DNA of 58,099 nucleotides. Source: a virus (Duplodnaviria > Caudoviricetes). The position numbers and the translations under genes were made by a program. Positions within the stretch are counted from its first letter, which is position 1, and every line of letters begins with the position of its first letter. Below are positions 10,847-21,688 of this stretch, in pieces. The notes under the pieces are model-generated. The model ran no database searches. It was not told the DNA's origin and saw only the letters and a list, made by a program, of their open reading frames with translations. The stretch lies in the IMG/VR virus record IMGVR_UViG_3300049043_000087, positions 1 through 58,099 of that record. One strand, given 5' to 3'.

Positions 10847-13364
10847 ATGTCTGTTTTAAACACTTCAGCAGCCATTGGTTTTCTTGCTGCTACGCCATCA
10901 TCTGGTGGTGGATATTCTATCTCGAGGTCGCTACGTTTCAACAGTAGTGACAGTGCCTACTTGTCTAGAAATCCTGCTTCTGCCGGAAATAGAAATACAT
11001 GGACAGTTTTCATGCTGGTTAAAACTTGGCTGGCAAATTATTAGATGGAACGTCTAGTTTTTCAGTTTCAACAACTCTAGTGGAAACACCGGATTGGCGA
11101 TTAGGCGAGCTGGAATTGACGATCCGTTGGAAATAGGTTTCTTACTCAATCTGGTGCAACAGTTCCTTTAAATTTAGTCACGACACAAGTTTTCAGGGAT
11201 CCATCTGCTTGGTATCATCTTGTTTTCTTTCTTTGATCTTGGCAATGCCACTCAAGCAGACCGCGCTCAAATTTTTATAAACGGATCACGCATAACTGCA
11301 TTTTCTACAAACACAAATACAATTAGCACATCTTCGGTTGGACGTGATATTAACAACAACAGTCGATCATTACATTGGTTTCGGTAGCATATCCAGTACG
11401 TAGATGGCTACTTAGCTGACATTTACTTTATCGACGGCCAAGCACTAACCCCCACCAGCTTCGGTGAGTTCGACGCCACCACGGCATCTGGCAGCCCAAG
11501 GCATACACCGGCAGCTACGGCACCAACGGCTTCCACCTGCCGATTTCGCGGATAACAGCAGCAACACCGCCACCACATTAGGGAAGGACACTTCTGGCAA
11601 CGGCAATAACTGGACGCCAAACAATCTCAGCGTCACCGCAGGTGCAGGCAACGACTCCCTCGTAGACTCCCCCACTAATGGCACCGCATCCAGCGGCGGC
11701 GATGCTGGTGGAACCGTGGTGGGGAATTATTGCGACGTTGAATCCGCTTGGCATAGGCAGCAAATCATGCTGTATCTAACGGCAATTTAGATCTTACAGC
11801 TAGCTGATGCAACATTGGAGCAGTACGATTAGCACTATTGGCGTTTCAGAGCGGCAAATGGTACGCAGAATTTACACTTATCCACGGTCGAATAATACCA
11901 ACCGGTTGGCGTTATTGGCATTGTTCCGCCTTAACGGTTCTAATCAAAACTGGGAAGTAAGCAGACAGTCTGTAGATGGCTACAATAGCGGCAGCTACAA
12001 TGGAACATATCTGCTAGATGGCACTCGTGTCTTACTGGCTAACCATTGCGTCCAGTAGGCGATGTTATTGGTGTTGCCGTTGACGCTGGCAAGATTTAGT
12101 GAACGTTCAACATACATAGAATGGCAAGCTGGCTGATCTTGCTACTGGACATATACACGTACACAAATGTTTCAGGCAGTTGGTACTTCATGTTGTTGCA
12201 GTGCAAGTAGTTCTCGAGTCATTGATTGCAACTTCGGCCAACGCCCCTTCGCCTACGCCGCCCCCAGCGGCTTCAAGAGTCTCAACACCGCCAACCTGCC
12301 CACGCCAACGATCCTGGCGGGCAATACGGCGTTCGACACCAAGCTCTACACCGGCAACGGCAGCACCCAGACGATTAGTGGGCTTGCCTTCTCGCCTGAC
12401 TTTGTGTGGATTAAAGCAAGAAGCGGTGCTACATCGCGCATCATCAGCTTACGATGCTGTTCGTGGCGCCAGCTAACGTTCTTAGTCAAATCCAACAAAC
12501 GCAGAGGCATATAATGCTACAGATACTGTTACAGCATTTAACAGCGACGGATTTAACTTCGGCGGTGAACGCTGATCAACAAATGGTTAATGGCATCACC
12601 TACGCCGCCTGGTGCTGGGACGCGGTGGCAGTCCAACGGTCCACCAACACCCAGCAGGCAGCATCACTTCTACGGTGAGGGCGAACGCTAGTGCGGGGTT
12701 CAGTGTTGTTACTTGATACCGCGCAGCAGGTCTCAATGCTACCATTGGCCACGGACTTAGGAGTTGCTACCCTGCTTTGATTATTACTAAAAGCAGAGAG
12801 CTAGTGCGGACAAACTGGGTTGTTTATCATCAAGTCTTGGCGGAAACTACAGCATTTGCTTTAATTACTACAACGACGCTACCAGTTCTAGCGTATTAAG
12901 TTTGGGGTCATCGGCTCGCCTACCTCAACTGTATTTAGCTACAACAGACAGCTATCGTCATATGATCAGACTGGCAACTATGGTCGCCTACTGCTTCGCC
13001 CCAGTATCCGGGTACTCTACTGCGTTTGCAGCTAGACCGGCAATGGATCAACGCAGATGGACCCGTTTGTGTATTTCGGGTTTACGTCCGAGGCTGGATT
13101 ATTGTCAAGGCGAAGATATGCAACTGGATCGATTGGATACTGTTGCGATTACAGCCAGGATACCTATAACGCGTGTCAATAAACTCTTAGGCTGCATAAC
13201 TTGCTAGCGTTGCAGAAGACACAACTATTGACGCAAGTGGACTTTCTTAGCAACGGCTTTAAGAATTAGATGTAGTTAGCAGATCTAAGGCATCAAACGC
13301 GGTCAGACTTATATTGGTTTTGCCTGTGGCAGAGAACCCCTTCTCCATCGCCCGCGCCCGATGA
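10847..13364 (+). CDS. Tail/receptor-binding protein with ConA/LamG-like and SPRY-like modules (heavily frameshifted)
   Basis: YSISRSLRFNSSDSAYLSR, FRDPSAWYHLV, LGKDTSGNGNNWTPNN, NFGQRPFAY..PSGFKSL, LYTGNGSTQTISGLAFSPDFVWIKAR, C-terminal AENPFSIARAR*. Confidence 0.75.
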
Positions 13365-13473
13365 CCCCACTAGTGAACAAGACCAGTGGGCAGGGCTTGA
13401 CACCGTGGTAATGTGGGAGGGCAGCGGCAGCGCCAACTGCCCTGCCCCATGACCGCCGATTGGAGGATCGACG

Positions 13474-13823
13474 ATGACCCAAGATTACACGCATCCCATT
13501 GCGCCACCGCCGGAGCTGGTGCGAGCAGTGGTGTGCCTAAGCCATAGAGGACCCATGCGGCCCAATTGAACTGGATTGTCGTTACGGTTGCTGCTCAGTG
13601 GGGCGCCGACACAGGAGCTGGAGGCATGTTGCAACCGTTACGTTCTCACGATATGCGCCAGAGTCTTGCGTTAGATCGCATTCGCGACCTGCCCGCCGCC
13701 CGAAGCCCGCCGAGCCTGGAAAAGGAGCAGGCACTTGAATAGTTCTGGCATGATGTTGCTACGTGGACTTGGACGCGAGCGCGGTCACACCATCCGCCGC
13801 GCACTGGAGCAGCTTCCCGATGA
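13474..13823 (+). CDS. PPPELV-family small phage protein, copy 1 (frameshifted)
   Basis: HPIAPPPELV..W...AAQWGAD.ELEA...KPPSL.EQAL...IRRALEQLP. Confidence 0.65.
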
Positions 13824-13890
13824 CAATTAGTTTGCTTGCCTTGGTTTATCTCTTTGCTTTCACTCGCTTTGGCCATTTACAATGCAACCA

Positions 13891-14214
13891 ATGACTGACC
13901 ACAACACAATCACCCCACCGCCAGAGCTGGTGGACAAGTGGAATAACGCGGAGGCCAACACAGGATTATTACAATTGCTTGGCGGCATGGCGCAGACCAG
14001 GAGCTGGAGGCAGTTCTTGACTTCTGCAAGAATGGCTGACACCTGGGAAGTCGATAACCTCCGCGCCATCCGCCGCCCGAAGCCGCCGAACTTGAAGGAG
14101 CAGGCGCTGGAGGCACTTGACGATGTTGAGTTTAATTTCTGCACAGGAAAAACAACGGACATCATCCGCCGCGCCTTGGAACAACTCCCCGACCCCACTA
14201 GCGAAACACACTAA
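13891..14214 (+). CDS. PPPELV-family small phage protein, copy 2
   Basis: TITPPPELVDKW...LRAIRRPKPPNLKEQAL...IIRRALEQLPD. Confidence 0.7.
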   Translation: MTDHNTITPPPELVDKWNNAEANTGLLQLLGGMAQTRSWRQFLTSARMADTWEVDNLRAIRRPKPPNLKEQALEALDDVEFNFCTGKTTDIIRRALEQLPDPTSETH

Positions 14215-14475
14215 TGACTGAACCTTTCATCCCCAGCAGCGCCAGGGCATGTTGCGGAAGCGTTCAACGAATGATGAATTGCTGGCGTCTTTGTTGACTA
14301 CAGCGACGACAAGATTGGCCGTCGCCTCTGAGGCGCTGGCGGATCAGCGTAGGTGCCTGCTACCGCAGCCTTCCGACACATGGACTGGCGCTGCTGCTGA
14401 TTGTTCACGACAGCCAGCAAATCCTCACCATCGCCGCCGAACTGCGTGGCACACCCTCGTAGACGCTTCCCCTAC
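14214..14475 (+). CDS. Small hypothetical protein (frameshifted)
   Basis: ATG overlaps the preceding TAA; alanine-rich ..ALADQ..; boundaries approximate. Confidence 0.4.
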
Positions 14476-15319
14476 AAGACCGGCATCTCATAATCTTTGG
14501 TTACATTTACGTAATGTTTCCAGATCACTTCTGAGCTATTGCCAGCCCACTTGGCTGCCTGGGCAACGGGAATTCCCGCTTCTATCCAGCGGCTGATTGC
14601 AGTGTGCCGCAGATCGTACGGCCTGTAGCGATTATTTATCAGCCCCGCAGAATGCAATTCCTTGGTGCGATCATAAAAGAAAGATTGGAATGCAAATCTG
14701 TTATATGGAAAAACAAATTCATCATCCTGTGGTAATGAATTAAAGATCTCCTGGCACCGAGCATTGACAGGAACTTGTCTTTTTTTGTTTGTTTTGGTTG
14801 AGTTTTTCAGGCCGTGGGTCAGTGTGTAATTTGAATGCACCAAAATTTTGTTATCTTTAATGTCTGACCACTTGATGGCCCTGACCTCCCAGTTCGCATT
14901 GCGGTCTGAAGCATTATTTCTGAATATGCTGACCAATTAAATTTCTGTTGCTTAGCTTTGAATGCTGCTAACAACAACGTTACTTCGTTTTTAGGAATGA
15001 CAATAATTTCCTCATCGGATTGAGGGGGCTTTGGCATCCTAAAAGTGCTGATGGGATTTTTGGGAAGATAAGCAATGTCTTCACTAGAAGCCCATCGGTA
15101 TAAGGATTTAACATACATGGCAACACGGCGGCTTGCTTTGATCGGTTGCTGCGTTAATACCCATGTCATGACCTGACGCCCCTCGCTCAGGTCGGTGATC
15201 GGGCACTTGTTGATCCACTTGGTTACTTGCTTATAGTCCGCTGCCATGGTCGTGGCGTAGACCGTGGTGCTGCGCTCCAACTTGAACTCATCCCAGGTCT
15301 GCTGAAGGGTGCGTGACAT
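14472..15319 (-). CDS. Tyrosine recombinase/integrase (one frameshift near 14890)
   Basis: MLQTAMRTG(E)VRAI.W, PYDLRHTAISRW, AKWAGNS..VIWKHY. Confidence 0.9.
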
Positions 15320-15417
15320 GGTAGTGGCAGGAAAACAAGTCCATCCAGCTTACACTATTACCCAAATGCAGAAAGCTTAGAGTTGGGTTAAACTAGAAGA
15401 ACTGAAAGAAGTTAGCT

Positions 15418-16042
15418 GTGTTTATTCTCGACGGGAAGCCCCTTTCTCCTGATGCGCCATTTTCTCATAATGGTGTTGTTTATCCTGCCAATTGGCTAAG
15501 GCTTAGTACGTGGGAAGAAAAGAACAAGCAATTGGAATCCAAGAAATCCCGGATCCCCAACTTGGGATCAGCGGTTTTATTGGGGATATGATCAAGATGG
15601 ACATTTAATTCCCAAAGATCATGCTCAATTAGTTGAAAGTTGGTCCAATCAGACAAGCCAAACTGCGTACACGATCCTTTTGCCGACAGATTGGATGATT
15701 GTACGTGAAGCGGATGACGGCACTCCTGCTGATGCAGATACAAAAACCTGGCGGCAATCTATCCGTAATTCTTGCGCAGGAAAAATTAGTGCAATCGAAG
15801 CTACGGCTACAACTGACGAATTAGCAACGTTTATTACAGGACCTGAATATCCTATTTGGCCGACGAAAGAAGATATTACAAGCCCTCACCCAAGTTGGCT
15901 TCTTAATGCTGTAACAGGTAAATGGGAAGCGCCAGTTGCATATCCAACTGATGGTCAGACTTACGAATGGAATGAAGCAAACCAGTCCTGGATATTAGTT
16001 CCTGAAATGCTTCCTGTAGAAGTACCTCCCATTGTTGGCTGA
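15418..16042 (+). CDS. Tail fibre assembly-like protein (frameshifted)
   Basis: FILDGKPLSPD..YPANWLRLST..DQRFYWG..PTDWMIVR..WRQSIR..WEAPVAYPTDG..YEWNEANQSW. Confidence 0.7.
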
Positions 16043-16044
16043 TA

Positions 16045-17165
16045 ATGACCATTAAATTCGTTGATGCTGCAGAGAACTTTAAAAACCTTCCGCATCAACA
16101 AGATGCATGGGAGTGGCTGCAAACTGTGGTCACTCCTAATGTTTTAGATACGTTTGCAACTAAATACCGTAACGAACAAAAAGAAGAGTTCTCTAATACC
16201 TGGGCAGGTGTTGTCGCAGCTGCCAAAAAAGCTGGAGCCAAGTTCCCTGAATGCGTTGCAGCACAGTGGGCACTTGAGTCGTCTTATGGGAAGCACACTG
16301 CATGCACGACATAACTACTTTGGTATCAAATCCAAAGATGGAGAAGGTTGCTTTGTTGAAACCAAAGAAGTTGTTGGCAGTCAAGAAAGTAACAATTAAA
16401 GACTGGTTTCAACGTTTCCCGATCTGTATTCCTGCATTGAATACCTGGTTAATCGCTGGTACAAGGACTTCAATAGCTACAAGGGTGTCAATCAGAGCCA
16501 ACAGCCGGAACGAATGCGCCAACCTCCTCGAAGCAGGAAAGTTACGCAACAGATCCGAACTACAGCACCAAGCTGATCCAGATCATGGATCGGGAGTTAA
16601 AGGTTCCCGATGCCAACGAACCCGGTGTTGTACTGGAAAAAGTACTGCCGGTTCCTTATGAGTACCAGCTAGATAACCAGTCTGGTACTGGATACCGGGA
16701 GTGTTTTTCATCTACCTGCGCCATGATCTGCCGTTACTACGGCAAGGTAAAAAGTGATGATGAGTACAACAAGATACGTGCGGAATACGGAGATAGCAAC
16801 AGACCGAAATGCTCAGCTACAAGCCATTCGTTTTCTAGGACTGCAAGCCAAGTTTGTTACCAATGGAAATGCAGCCTTGCTTAGAAAATGAAATCCGCAA
16901 CGGCAGGCCAATTGCAGTCGGTTGGTTACATAAAGGCAGCGCCAACTATCCCACTGGTGGAGGGCACTGGACCTGTTGCATAGGGTTTACGCAAGATTCA
17001 TTTATATTCCACGATCCCAACGGAGAAGCTGACATGGTAAATGGCGGTTATGTCAGTCATGACCGCAAAGCAGGTACTGCAGTTAAGTACAGCAAGAAAA
17101 ATTGGTTGCGACGCTGGGAATGTGACGGAAAAAACACAGGCTGGGCAATAATTGTCACAAAGTGA
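16045..17165 (+). CDS. Modular endolysin: N-terminal PHQ domain, GH73 glucosaminidase-like and C39-like peptidase domains (frameshifted)
   Basis: VAAQWALESSYG..HNYFGIK, YATDPNY, YQLDN..GYRECFSSTCAM, GGGHW, HDPNG. Confidence 0.8.
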
Positions 17166-17323
17166 AAAAGTATAAAGAGCCCCATATCAGGGTTAATATT
17201 TGCTGGAAAATTGGAAATGAAAGAAAATGCGCCACCCTAGACAAGAGTGACGCATATAAAACCCGTGAATGGGTTGAAAATAATGACGGTATTGTGTACT
17301 GGTTTCAGGCGTTGCCTGATTGA
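17162..17323 (+). CDS. Small hypothetical protein
   Basis: 53 aa ORF overlapping the endolysin stop (GTGA). Confidence 0.55.
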   Translation: MKKYKEPHIRVNICWKIGNERKCATLDKSDAYKTREWVENNDGIVYWFQALPD

Positions 17324-17488
17324 TCAGCGTTGCTTAGCGCGACCAATCACCAGGGCGCCAATTTCAATGATGCGGTAGAGCTTACGGACCAGCGCGTCAT
17401 CCTTTGGCGTGGGGGTCAGGGCTGTGATGGCCGAGCAGGCGGCGTGGATGGCAAGTGCCACTTCCAGGTATTCGTTGAGTTTGTGCAT
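17324..17488 (-). CDS. Small holin-like membrane protein
   Basis: MHKLNEYLEVALAIHAACSAITALTPTPKDDALVRKLYRIIEIGALVIGRAKQR; adjacent to endolysin. Confidence 0.55.
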   Translation of the reverse strand: MHKLNEYLEVALAIHAACSAITALTPTPKDDALVRKLYRIIEIGALVIGRAKQR

Positions 17489-17506
17489 GGGTATATCCCG
17501 TTTCTT

Positions 17507-17998
17507 TTATTCTATGTCGTGTGGTTTATAGATATAGAAAGATTTCGTTTCTTCATCAATGGAATACAAAAGATTGGGATGATGGCGATTAATCCATTTC
17601 TTCCAAATCACCATCTGACGCTCGGCTTCTGCTGATTCGCAGTAAAACATCACCATATCTCCTGGTGGAATCACAGCCAGCCATGCGTACAAATGACGCA
17701 GTGCAATGGCATGTCCAGTATTACCGCCTAATCCAGTCAGATTGTTGTCTAATTGCTTGACGCGTTTACGCCTAGTGCGACGCATTAACCAATCGTTAAT
17801 CTGTCGCCGGCTTTTGCCCACGGCTAAACTGGCCATCCATGCGTAGCTTTTCCCAATACGAATCCATGGGATCAAACGAGTCACTGCTATTGCACCGTTC
17901 TTTAGATGCAGTGTTTTTACCAGCTTTTTTCTTTTGATCCGTTTGCATTGTTTCTTTTTAACTAAGGAAGAAAACGTTAGCTGTCGTACATCCGACAC
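17507..17998 (-). CDS. Hypothetical basic protein
   Basis: 163 aa ORF. Confidence 0.55.
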   Translation of the reverse strand: MSDVRQLTFSSLVKKKQCKRIKRKKLVKTLHLKNGAIAVTRLIPWIRIGKSYAWMASLAVGKSRRQINDWLMRRTRRKRVKQLDNNLTGLGGNTGHAIALRHLYAWLAVIPPGDMVMFYCESAEAERQMVIWKKWINRHHPNLLYSIDEETKSFYIYKPHDIE

Positions 17999-18120
17999 TG
18001 GACCGCACCAGGATTTTCCTCACAATAGCGACGGAATTGTTCAGTCGGTGTTTCGATATAAATTTGGCAACGTTTCAAAAGCTTGCAAACAATCCAGTTA
18101 TAAAAACTAATCATGGCCTA

Positions 18121-19033
18121 TTAGTTAAAGCAACAAAGATTTCTGGGAACTTCTCGTCTGGATGGTGTTGGGTGCTCCAAGCTTCTTTCCATTCTGACAA
18201 GGTATGGTCGTGAACGGTATTGATAAATTCAGGATCTCCAAACTAGAGTAAGAAGAAGTTGTCATCTGTTGCTGCGGGACCACTACCAGATTGACTGCCA
18301 ATCAACCATTCAGATCCGCTCAATACAGTGACGGTGACTCCAGCATTGATCGCACATTCTGTTTCAGTAAACCCGTTCGGCTTCCCTGGTACTGTCGAAA
18401 TGCTGGTGTCAACTGTAATCGGTGAGTTGTACGTAACGGTTGTAACATCATCAATTGTTGTTTCCCGGAGGTAAAGGGTGAAATCTTCCAGGGCCAGCAG
18501 ATACTCAACAGCGGCAAACTCAACGATGACGCCAACGTTGTAGTCAAGCCGCTCGTTACGTGTTGTTGAAATGCACAGGAGATAATTACCAGCGTTAAGC
18601 GGGTAGTAGCGGTCATCTCCACGATCAAGACGCAACCTGGAGTAGGTGTTGTAAAGATCTGACTGGGCACTCATGGTGGTGTCCAGATATGGGAAGTACA
18701 CCTCACCTGTTGTCAGGCTTGTGCCTTGATGGATGGAATCCTCTTGGAAGATTGGTAGACCAACAATCGGAGTGTGATTGAGGTCATACATTGATGTTTG
18801 GATGTAGTTAGGCCGTGGCCCATCCTTTACAACAAGTATCCAACCCGGTTCAGTTAAATTAATTTGAAACCAATGGTTATAAGTACCGCCGCCATAACCA
18901 TTAAGACCAACCTGATTTAAAGGCCCAAGAGTACCCCTCAAATAACGCAACGACAGCTGCGAAAAGTAACCCAGATCCAGGGGTTTTCTTTTGTACGTTG
19001 ACGTTGTCCTGCTTGAGCTGAATTACGGGACAC
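18121..19033 (-). CDS. Hypothetical, probably virion-associated protein (frameshifted)
   Basis: Core ORF 18243-18950; contains INAGVTVTVLSGSEWLI, like the tail fibre C-terminus. Confidence 0.6.
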
Positions 19034-19171
19034 TTTTATACAACTACCTTTTCACTCATTGTACTCGGGGCGATCTTTCACGTATTCAGGATGTGCAATC
19101 ACATTCTTGTACTCCTTTTCAATCACTGGTCTAATACCAGACTCACGTTGAGACTTGACGATTGAAGAGCA

Positions 19172-19744
19172 TTAGCTTCTCAGCTTTGAAGTCCACCTCC
19201 AGGGAGTCACGCTCGCAGGCGGATAGCTGCGGTTAAAGCTGGAAACCATGTGCAAAGGGTTGGCACACGTGGGGTTACTGCACAGGCGCGTCACCACCAA
19301 GTTCCCCACGTCTCCCCAGGCACACTGGTAGATCGCCTTATGGATGTTGACGTTTTCGGATTTGTTCCTGCTGTAGCCCGACCTGTAGGAAGGCAGACAC
19401 ACCCTCTTGGGGGTTGTGCCACCAGGAGCTTCCATCTCCCAGCAGTCCTCAGGGAAACCAATGGTTACCTTCTTCCAGAGCTTGGCGTATTTGTGTTTGT
19501 AGTCGGGATGCAAGTAGTTGATATCGAAGCCACACACGTTGCTCAAGATCTTCTTCGCGCACTCGTAACACCAGTGTCCTTCTGAGTCTCGAATGAGATG
19601 GCCGTGAGGGCAAGCGAAGCCCCGGTAGTAGCCCAGCTTCTGGAGCTGATCCTCCTCCAGTGCCTCGATCCCTCCGACATGACGGAAGTTGGGCTGCCCG
19701 AACTCTTTCTCGACCTGCTGGAGCTTCTTAACCACGCTTGCCAC
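19172..19744 (-). CDS. Zn-binding HNH-like endonuclease-domain protein (3' end probably frameshifted)
   Basis: CPHGH..CYEC, EDCWE, VVTRLCSNPTCANPLHM. Confidence 0.65.
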   Translation of the reverse strand: MASVVKKLQQVEKEFGQPNFRHVGGIEALEEDQLQKLGYYRGFACPHGHLIRDSEGHWCYECAKKILSNVCGFDINYLHPDYKHKYAKLWKKVTIGFPEDCWEMEAPGGTTPKRVCLPSYRSGYSRNKSENVNIHKAIYQCAWGDVGNLVVTRLCSNPTCANPLHMVSSFNRSYPPASVTPWRWTSKLRS

Positions 19745-19988
19745 GGACTACCGGCGGGTAACTCATGACATTCTAAGGGGCAGTTTTGTAATGGGCCACT
19801 GCAGACTTGCAGACTTTGACCCCCTTTTTACCTTTATATAAGCTACATAACACTCTTACCCCTAACAATGTAATGTACGTCACGTAAGGATTGAAACCCC
19901 CCAAAGTCTGCATCTCTGCACCGACATCTGAGTCTCAGCCTGGGATTTCAGTACTTTGTATTCGTGCCTTCGTGCCTTCGTGCGGCAC

Positions 19989-20017
19989 AAAAAAAGACCC
20001 CTGCCGAAGCAGAGGCC
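19989..20017 (-). terminator. Intrinsic terminator after the glycosyltransferase
   Basis: Minus strand GGCCTCTGC-TTCG-GCAGGGGTC followed by a T run. Confidence 0.85.
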
Positions 20018-20046
20018 TTCTCCCACAGGACTTCACCCGCAGCACC

Positions 20047-21336
20047 TTAGGCCGGTACCAGCTCCCGCTCCTTCTTCTTCGCTTTCTTTTTAGGAGTCAC
20101 CAGCGCCTCAGCCTCGATCACAGGGTTGAGTGCCTCCTGGAACACCCCATCGAACTGAGCAGCGATGGTGTCCCATGCAAACTGCTCGTCAGTGGCCCGC
20201 AGGTAACAGAGTTCGGCAACGGCATCGAGCTTCTCGCGGTCCTCGTACAGTTCGTTGAGGATCTCCGTCAGGTGCTTGGCGGAGGGGCAGGGCATCTCCC
20301 GTGCAAAGTTGGTATCCACGTCAACGTGGTCGCAGCGGATGAGCTTGCCGTAGCCCTCGAAGATCTCCTTGCAGGACGTGTGATCGGGCACCACCTGGGC
20401 CACACGGCAGGCTGCGTGCTCGAAGTTCACCAGTCCCCAGCCTTCCCCTTTGCAGGTGTTGACGCCCACGTCAGCGGCCTGGTAGATCGTCTCCAGCATG
20501 TCCACCGGAACGGAAGGTGGGTTGGCCGTATTGGCGGTCATGATGATGCGACCGTTGGGATCGAGTCCCCGCTTCTGCATCTCCCGCGCAAAGACGGCCA
20601 TCACATCCCAGCCCTGGTCCTTGGTACCCATGTGCAGGTACAGGTAGGCATCCGGCTTACCAACAGCGAAATCAGCAAAGGCATCAATGGTGATGTCGAT
20701 CCGTTTGCGGAACTGATTCCGGTTGCCATTGAAGACGATGAATGCGTCCTCCTTAATCCCCAGCTTCTTACGAGCTGCAATCTTGTCCCCTGGCTTGAAC
20801 TGACCAGGAGTCACGCCATGGGGGATGACGGTGATGGGCTTCTGAACCCCACCTTTAATGAATTCGTGCGCCCCAAATTCGGTGTAGGACACCACTGCAT
20901 CCCAGGCGTTGGCGGTATCGGAGAGGGCACCAACCCAGTTGTAGGAGTCCATGGGCATGTAACCCACAAACTTGAAGTTCAGTTTCTGGCGCAGCTCGTG
21001 GATCTGGGAGTACTGGGTGTTGATGATCCAGCAGTCGTTAATTGTGAAGATGATGTCCGGCTTTTCGATCTCAACAATCTCCCGAATCCGCTCCTCACCA
21101 AAGGGAGCCTGCTGGAAGCGGTTGGATGCCGGGTAGATCTTGTATTCCTGTTGCAGAGGATCCGGATCACCGTGCCAGTTACAACCCAGGATCACAATCT
21201 CGTACTTATCTTTCAGTTTATCAATGACGTTGTGGGTTACACGCGCAAAACCGGTGGTGGCAATTACGTCACCAACCCATAGAAGCTTTGGTTTTTTTGT
21301 CACGGAAGATCGGATATTCTCCGATTTACTATACAC
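20047..21336 (-). CDS. GT-B fold (family 4-like) glycosyltransferase
   Basis: TGFARVT, IPHGV, NRNQFRKRIDITI, GEGWGLVNFEHAAC (E-x7-E motif). Confidence 0.9.
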   Translation of the reverse strand: MYSKSENIRSSVTKKPKLLWVGDVIATTGFARVTHNVIDKLKDKYEIVILGCNWHGDPDPLQQEYKIYPASNRFQQAPFGEERIREIVEIEKPDIIFTINDCWIINTQYSQIHELRQKLNFKFVGYMPMDSYNWVGALSDTANAWDAVVSYTEFGAHEFIKGGVQKPITVIPHGVTPGQFKPGDKIAARKKLGIKEDAFIVFNGNRNQFRKRIDITIDAFADFAVGKPDAYLYLHMGTKDQGWDVMAVFAREMQKRGLDPNGRIIMTANTANPPSVPVDMLETIYQAADVGVNTCKGEGWGLVNFEHAACRVAQVVPDHTSCKEIFEGYGKLIRCDHVDVDTNFAREMPCPSAKHLTEILNELYEDREKLDAVAELCYLRATDEQFAWDTIAAQFDGVFQEALNPVIEAEALVTPKKKAKKKERELVPA

Positions 21337-21688
21337 AAACTGACGGAGTAATAGAACGGGTTAATTCCCGTTCCTCTGCAGTCTTGGCTTTGAGCTTGTA
21401 CTTCAGGAACTCAGCAGCCTTATGGGTGTTTGTCGTATCCCCACAGGTATAAAGATCGATGGCGGCGTACCCAATCTCAGGCCAGGTATGGATTGATGCG
21501 TGCGATTCAGCCAGGAGCGCCAGTAATGTCACGCCCTGCGGCTCAAACTTCTCGCCAAAGATCCTAAGGATCGTGGCCTTGGACATCAGGAGGGCAGCTT
21601 CCAGCCACTCCTCCAGTAGATCGTAGTTATTCAGTGCCTCTGGATCGCAGTCATACAGGTCCAGAATTAAGTGCCGCCCATTAGACAT
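21329..21688 (-). CDS. speD: S-adenosylmethionine decarboxylase proenzyme family
   Basis: GRHLILDLYDC, FEPQGVT..LLAESHASIHTWPE.GYAAIDLYTCG. Confidence 0.93.
   Translation of the reverse strand: MSNGRHLILDLYDCDPEALNNYDLLEEWLEAALLMSKATILRIFGEKFEPQGVTLLALLAESHASIHTWPEIGYAAIDLYTCGDTTNTHKAAEFLKYKLKAKTAEERELTRSITPSVCV

Noticed and set aside
10847-14470. Diversity-generating retroelement acting on the tail gene
   Set aside because: No reverse transcriptase and no template/variable repeat pair with adenine-specific differences seen
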